Of a stretch of DNA of 64,000 nt, positions 61,921 to 64,000 are shown one piece after another. Position numbers and translations under genes: made by a program. The notes below the pieces were generated by a model. That model worked only from the letters and a program-made list of their open reading frames with translations, did no database searches and was not told the DNA's origin. The stretch is from an uncultured Acidobacteriota bacterium (GTDB lineage: Bacteria; Acidobacteriota; Thermoanaerobaculia; UBA5066; Gp7-AA6), in contig CAVXTP010000015.1 of the NCBI GenBank assembly GCA_963764715.1, positions 1 to 64,000 of the forward strand, given 5' to 3'. Position 1 is the first letter of the stretch. Every line of letters starts with the position of its first letter.

Positions 61921-62514
61921 ATGACCTTTCCAATGGCGATCGGGCGTGAAACGCCATCCGACGGACCTGTCGAAGCGCCCGGAGCCCTGGACTCGACGCT
62001 TGGATCGCTCGAGGGGTTCCGGGACCGGCTGAGGCTCTTCGCGGCGCGGCGCCTGCGCGACTGGGGCGCCGCCGAGGACGTGGCCCAGGAGGCCATCTCG
62101 CGCGCCCTCGAGGCGATGCAGGGGGGGCGGATCGAGAAGCCCGAAGCGCTTCCGGCCTTCCTCTTCCAGACGGCGCTTCACGTCTGCCTTCGCCGCATCC
62201 GGTCGGCCGGCCGGGAGCGAAAGGCCCTCCAGAAGTTCGGCGCCTCCGGCGCGGGGGACGGCGGCGAGAGCCCCCTGTCCGCGCTGCTCTCGGCGGAGCG
62301 GCGCGCGAGCGTCCTGAAGGCGCTCGAACGGCTCGATTCGGACGACCGGCAGCTTCTGGAAATGACCTACCGGGACGACCTCGACTCGGAGGACATCGGC
62401 CGGCGGCTCGGGGTCACCCCGGGTGCGGTGCGGGTTCGCCGGCACCGCGCCTTGAAACGGCTGGCCTCGGCCCTGGGCGTAACGCGGATCGCCGACGGGG
62501 CACTTGATAGGTGA
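61921..62514 (+). CDS. ECF RNA polymerase sigma factor (start uncertain, 61720-61933)
   Basis: AAEDVAQE, DIGRRLGVTPGAVRVRRHRALKRL. Confidence 0.9.
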   Translation: MTFPMAIGRETPSDGPVEAPGALDSTLGSLEGFRDRLRLFAARRLRDWGAAEDVAQEAISRALEAMQGGRIEKPEALPAFLFQTALHVCLRRIRSAGRERKALQKFGASGAGDGGESPLSALLSAERRASVLKALERLDSDDRQLLEMTYRDDLDSEDIGRRLGVTPGAVRVRRHRALKRLASALGVTRIADGALDR

Positions 62515-63131
62515 CCATGCCGAACGAAAGCCGCTGCCGCCGGGGCGAGGAGCACGACCTCGCGATCCGGTACCTCGCCGGAAAGCTGCCGGAGGCCGAG
62601 GCGGAAGCCTTCGAGAGGCACTACCTCTCGTGCGATCGCTGCTGGGGCGAAGTCTCGCAGGGGGCGCAGCTCCGCACCGCCTTCGGGAATGCTCCCGTGG
62701 CCGGGGCGGCGCTCACCGCGGCTGCCGGACGGCGGGACTACTGGACCCCGCTCGCGGCCGCGGCCGTCGTGGCCCTGGTCGCCTTCGGTCTCGCCCGGAC
62801 GGCCGCGACTCCCTCCATTGCTCCCCAAACCAGCACGGTCCTCCGGGGCTCGGGAGCGAATCGGCTCGAGTTGACGATCACGAAGGCGCCGGCGGCGCAC
62901 GCGATCCTGGAGTGGACCTCGGACCCCGAGGCGGCGACTTATCGCATCCAGATCATGCGCGCCGACGGCGTGCCGGTCCTGACGAGCGAAACTCCCGACG
63001 CCACGCTCCGGCTCGACGTCGGCGCTCTGCCGGGCGAGCCCGGTCAGCCCCTCGTCGCCAGGATCGAAGCGGTCGACGCGATGGGGCGCATCGTGTCGAC
63101 GACCGACTCGGTGCCCCTGCCCGCCTTCTAG
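62511..63131 (+). CDS. Zinc-finger (zf-HC2) anti-sigma factor
   Basis: FERHYLSCDRC (HxxxCxxC), TM helix, periplasmic domain. Confidence 0.85.
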   Translation: MTMPNESRCRRGEEHDLAIRYLAGKLPEAEAEAFERHYLSCDRCWGEVSQGAQLRTAFGNAPVAGAALTAAAGRRDYWTPLAAAAVVALVAFGLARTAATPSIAPQTSTVLRGSGANRLELTITKAPAAHAILEWTSDPEAATYRIQIMRADGVPVLTSETPDATLRLDVGALPGEPGQPLVARIEAVDAMGRIVSTTDSVPLPAF

Positions 63132-63157
63132 CCCCCGCCCTTCCGCTGAGTGTTCGA

Positions 63158-64000
63158 TCAGCGGCTCGCCGCGCGGACCGGTCCTGCCGCGGGCCGCGGG
63201 GCGATCTGCTTCGCGGCCGCGCGCAGCGTGTTCGTCGCCTCGGGCTCGCGCTGCATCACGTGCTTTCCGTAGCCCTTCTTCGTCACGTAGTGCACGTCGA
63301 CCTGCTGGTACGGGACGCCGCCCGGCAGGCGATCGCCGCGGTAGACCCAGACCTCGAGCTCCGAGGACGTCTCCGGAGCTTCGTTGGCCGGGCCGTCGCT
63401 CAGGTACGGCATCGACTGGATCTTGCTGGAGCCCATCGCCGCCGACTTGCCCGACGACTTGGGCTTTCCCGGCAGCGCAGCCTCCCGCGATGCCACGGCG
63501 TACATTCCGGACGGGTCGTTCCTGTCGTCTCCCGTGCGCAGGGGCCGGCGGCTGGCGAACGTCGGCGGACCGAGCAGGATGAAGACCATCCCGCGGTCGG
63601 TCAGGCTGCCCCTCGTTTCTCCGTCCTGCTCCAGGCGCGCGTCCGCGAACGCGACGCGCCTCTCGTACTCCTGCCGGAACGTCCGTCCGTCCGCGCCCGG
63701 CAGCGTGACGCGCGCTTCCCAGAATTCCTCGACGAAGGCGACGCGGGCGTTGGCGTCGGTGAGGCCCGCCCAGGTCTTCTTCTCCTCGTCGGTCATGATC
63801 CACTGCACGGGGCCATCCGCCCAGTACTGGTCGACGGGATCGCGATCGACCGCGTCGACGGGCACCTGGAACCTCGCGTAGGCAAACGCCAGAGACGTCG
63901 GCGGCTCCGCGAATTGCGTGCGCGCCTTCGCGAAAGCGGCGACGGCCTTCTTCGAGTACATCGTCGCGTCGATGATCGCGTCCGGCTTGACGCCGAGGAA
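63158..64000 (-). CDS. GWxTD domain protein (5' end outside the window)
   Basis: FVEEFWEAR, EYERRVAFAD, GSLTDRGMVFILLGPP, EVWVY. The frame is open to the window end. Confidence 0.88.
   Translation of the reverse strand, partial: FLGVKPDAIIDATMYSKKAVAAFAKARTQFAEPPTSLAFAYARFQVPVDAVDRDPVDQYWADGPVQWIMTDEEKKTWAGLTDANARVAFVEEFWEARVTLPGADGRTFRQEYERRVAFADARLEQDGETRGSLTDRGMVFILLGPPTFASRRPLRTGDDRNDPSGMYAVASREAALPGKPKSSGKSAAMGSSKIQSMPYLSDGPANEAPETSSELEVWVYRGDRLPGGVPYQQVDVHYVTKKGYGKHVMQREPEATNTLRAAAKQIAPRPAAGPVRAASR

Overview
High-GC bacterial chromosome segment, probably Acidobacteriota (Thermoanaerobaculia-like). This placement is an inference from the GWxTD, SLH-repeat, kinase/beta-propeller and Hfq-like gene families. 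About 55 CDS are supported. Housekeeping genes include eno, ftsB, serS, a phosphohexomutase and a glycosyltransferase cluster. There are two tRNA-Ser genes (GCT and TGA), transporters, secreted hydrolases, two ECF sigma modules and a VapBC toxin-antitoxin pair. At least six genes, including enolase, carry frameshifts best explained as assembly indels. The most unusual signals are non-coding. (1) tRNA-Ser(GCT) is bracketed by a copy of its own 5' half and a copy of its own 3' half, each interrupted in a loop by small hairpin inserts. (2) The ~59-nt insert in the 3'-half copy is also found inside the loop of three GTAG-REP hairpins elsewhere, suggesting a tiny element that inserts into hairpin loops. 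(3) A ~90-nt candidate sRNA has a near-consensus sigma70 promoter and a terminator and lies divergent from a ricT(PSP1) / hfq-like gene pair. (4) There is a 99-bp tandem REPIN array and a second family of GGGGTCAG-ended repeats. Many genes appear leaderless. No CRISPR array, integrase, transposase or prophage gene was seen.
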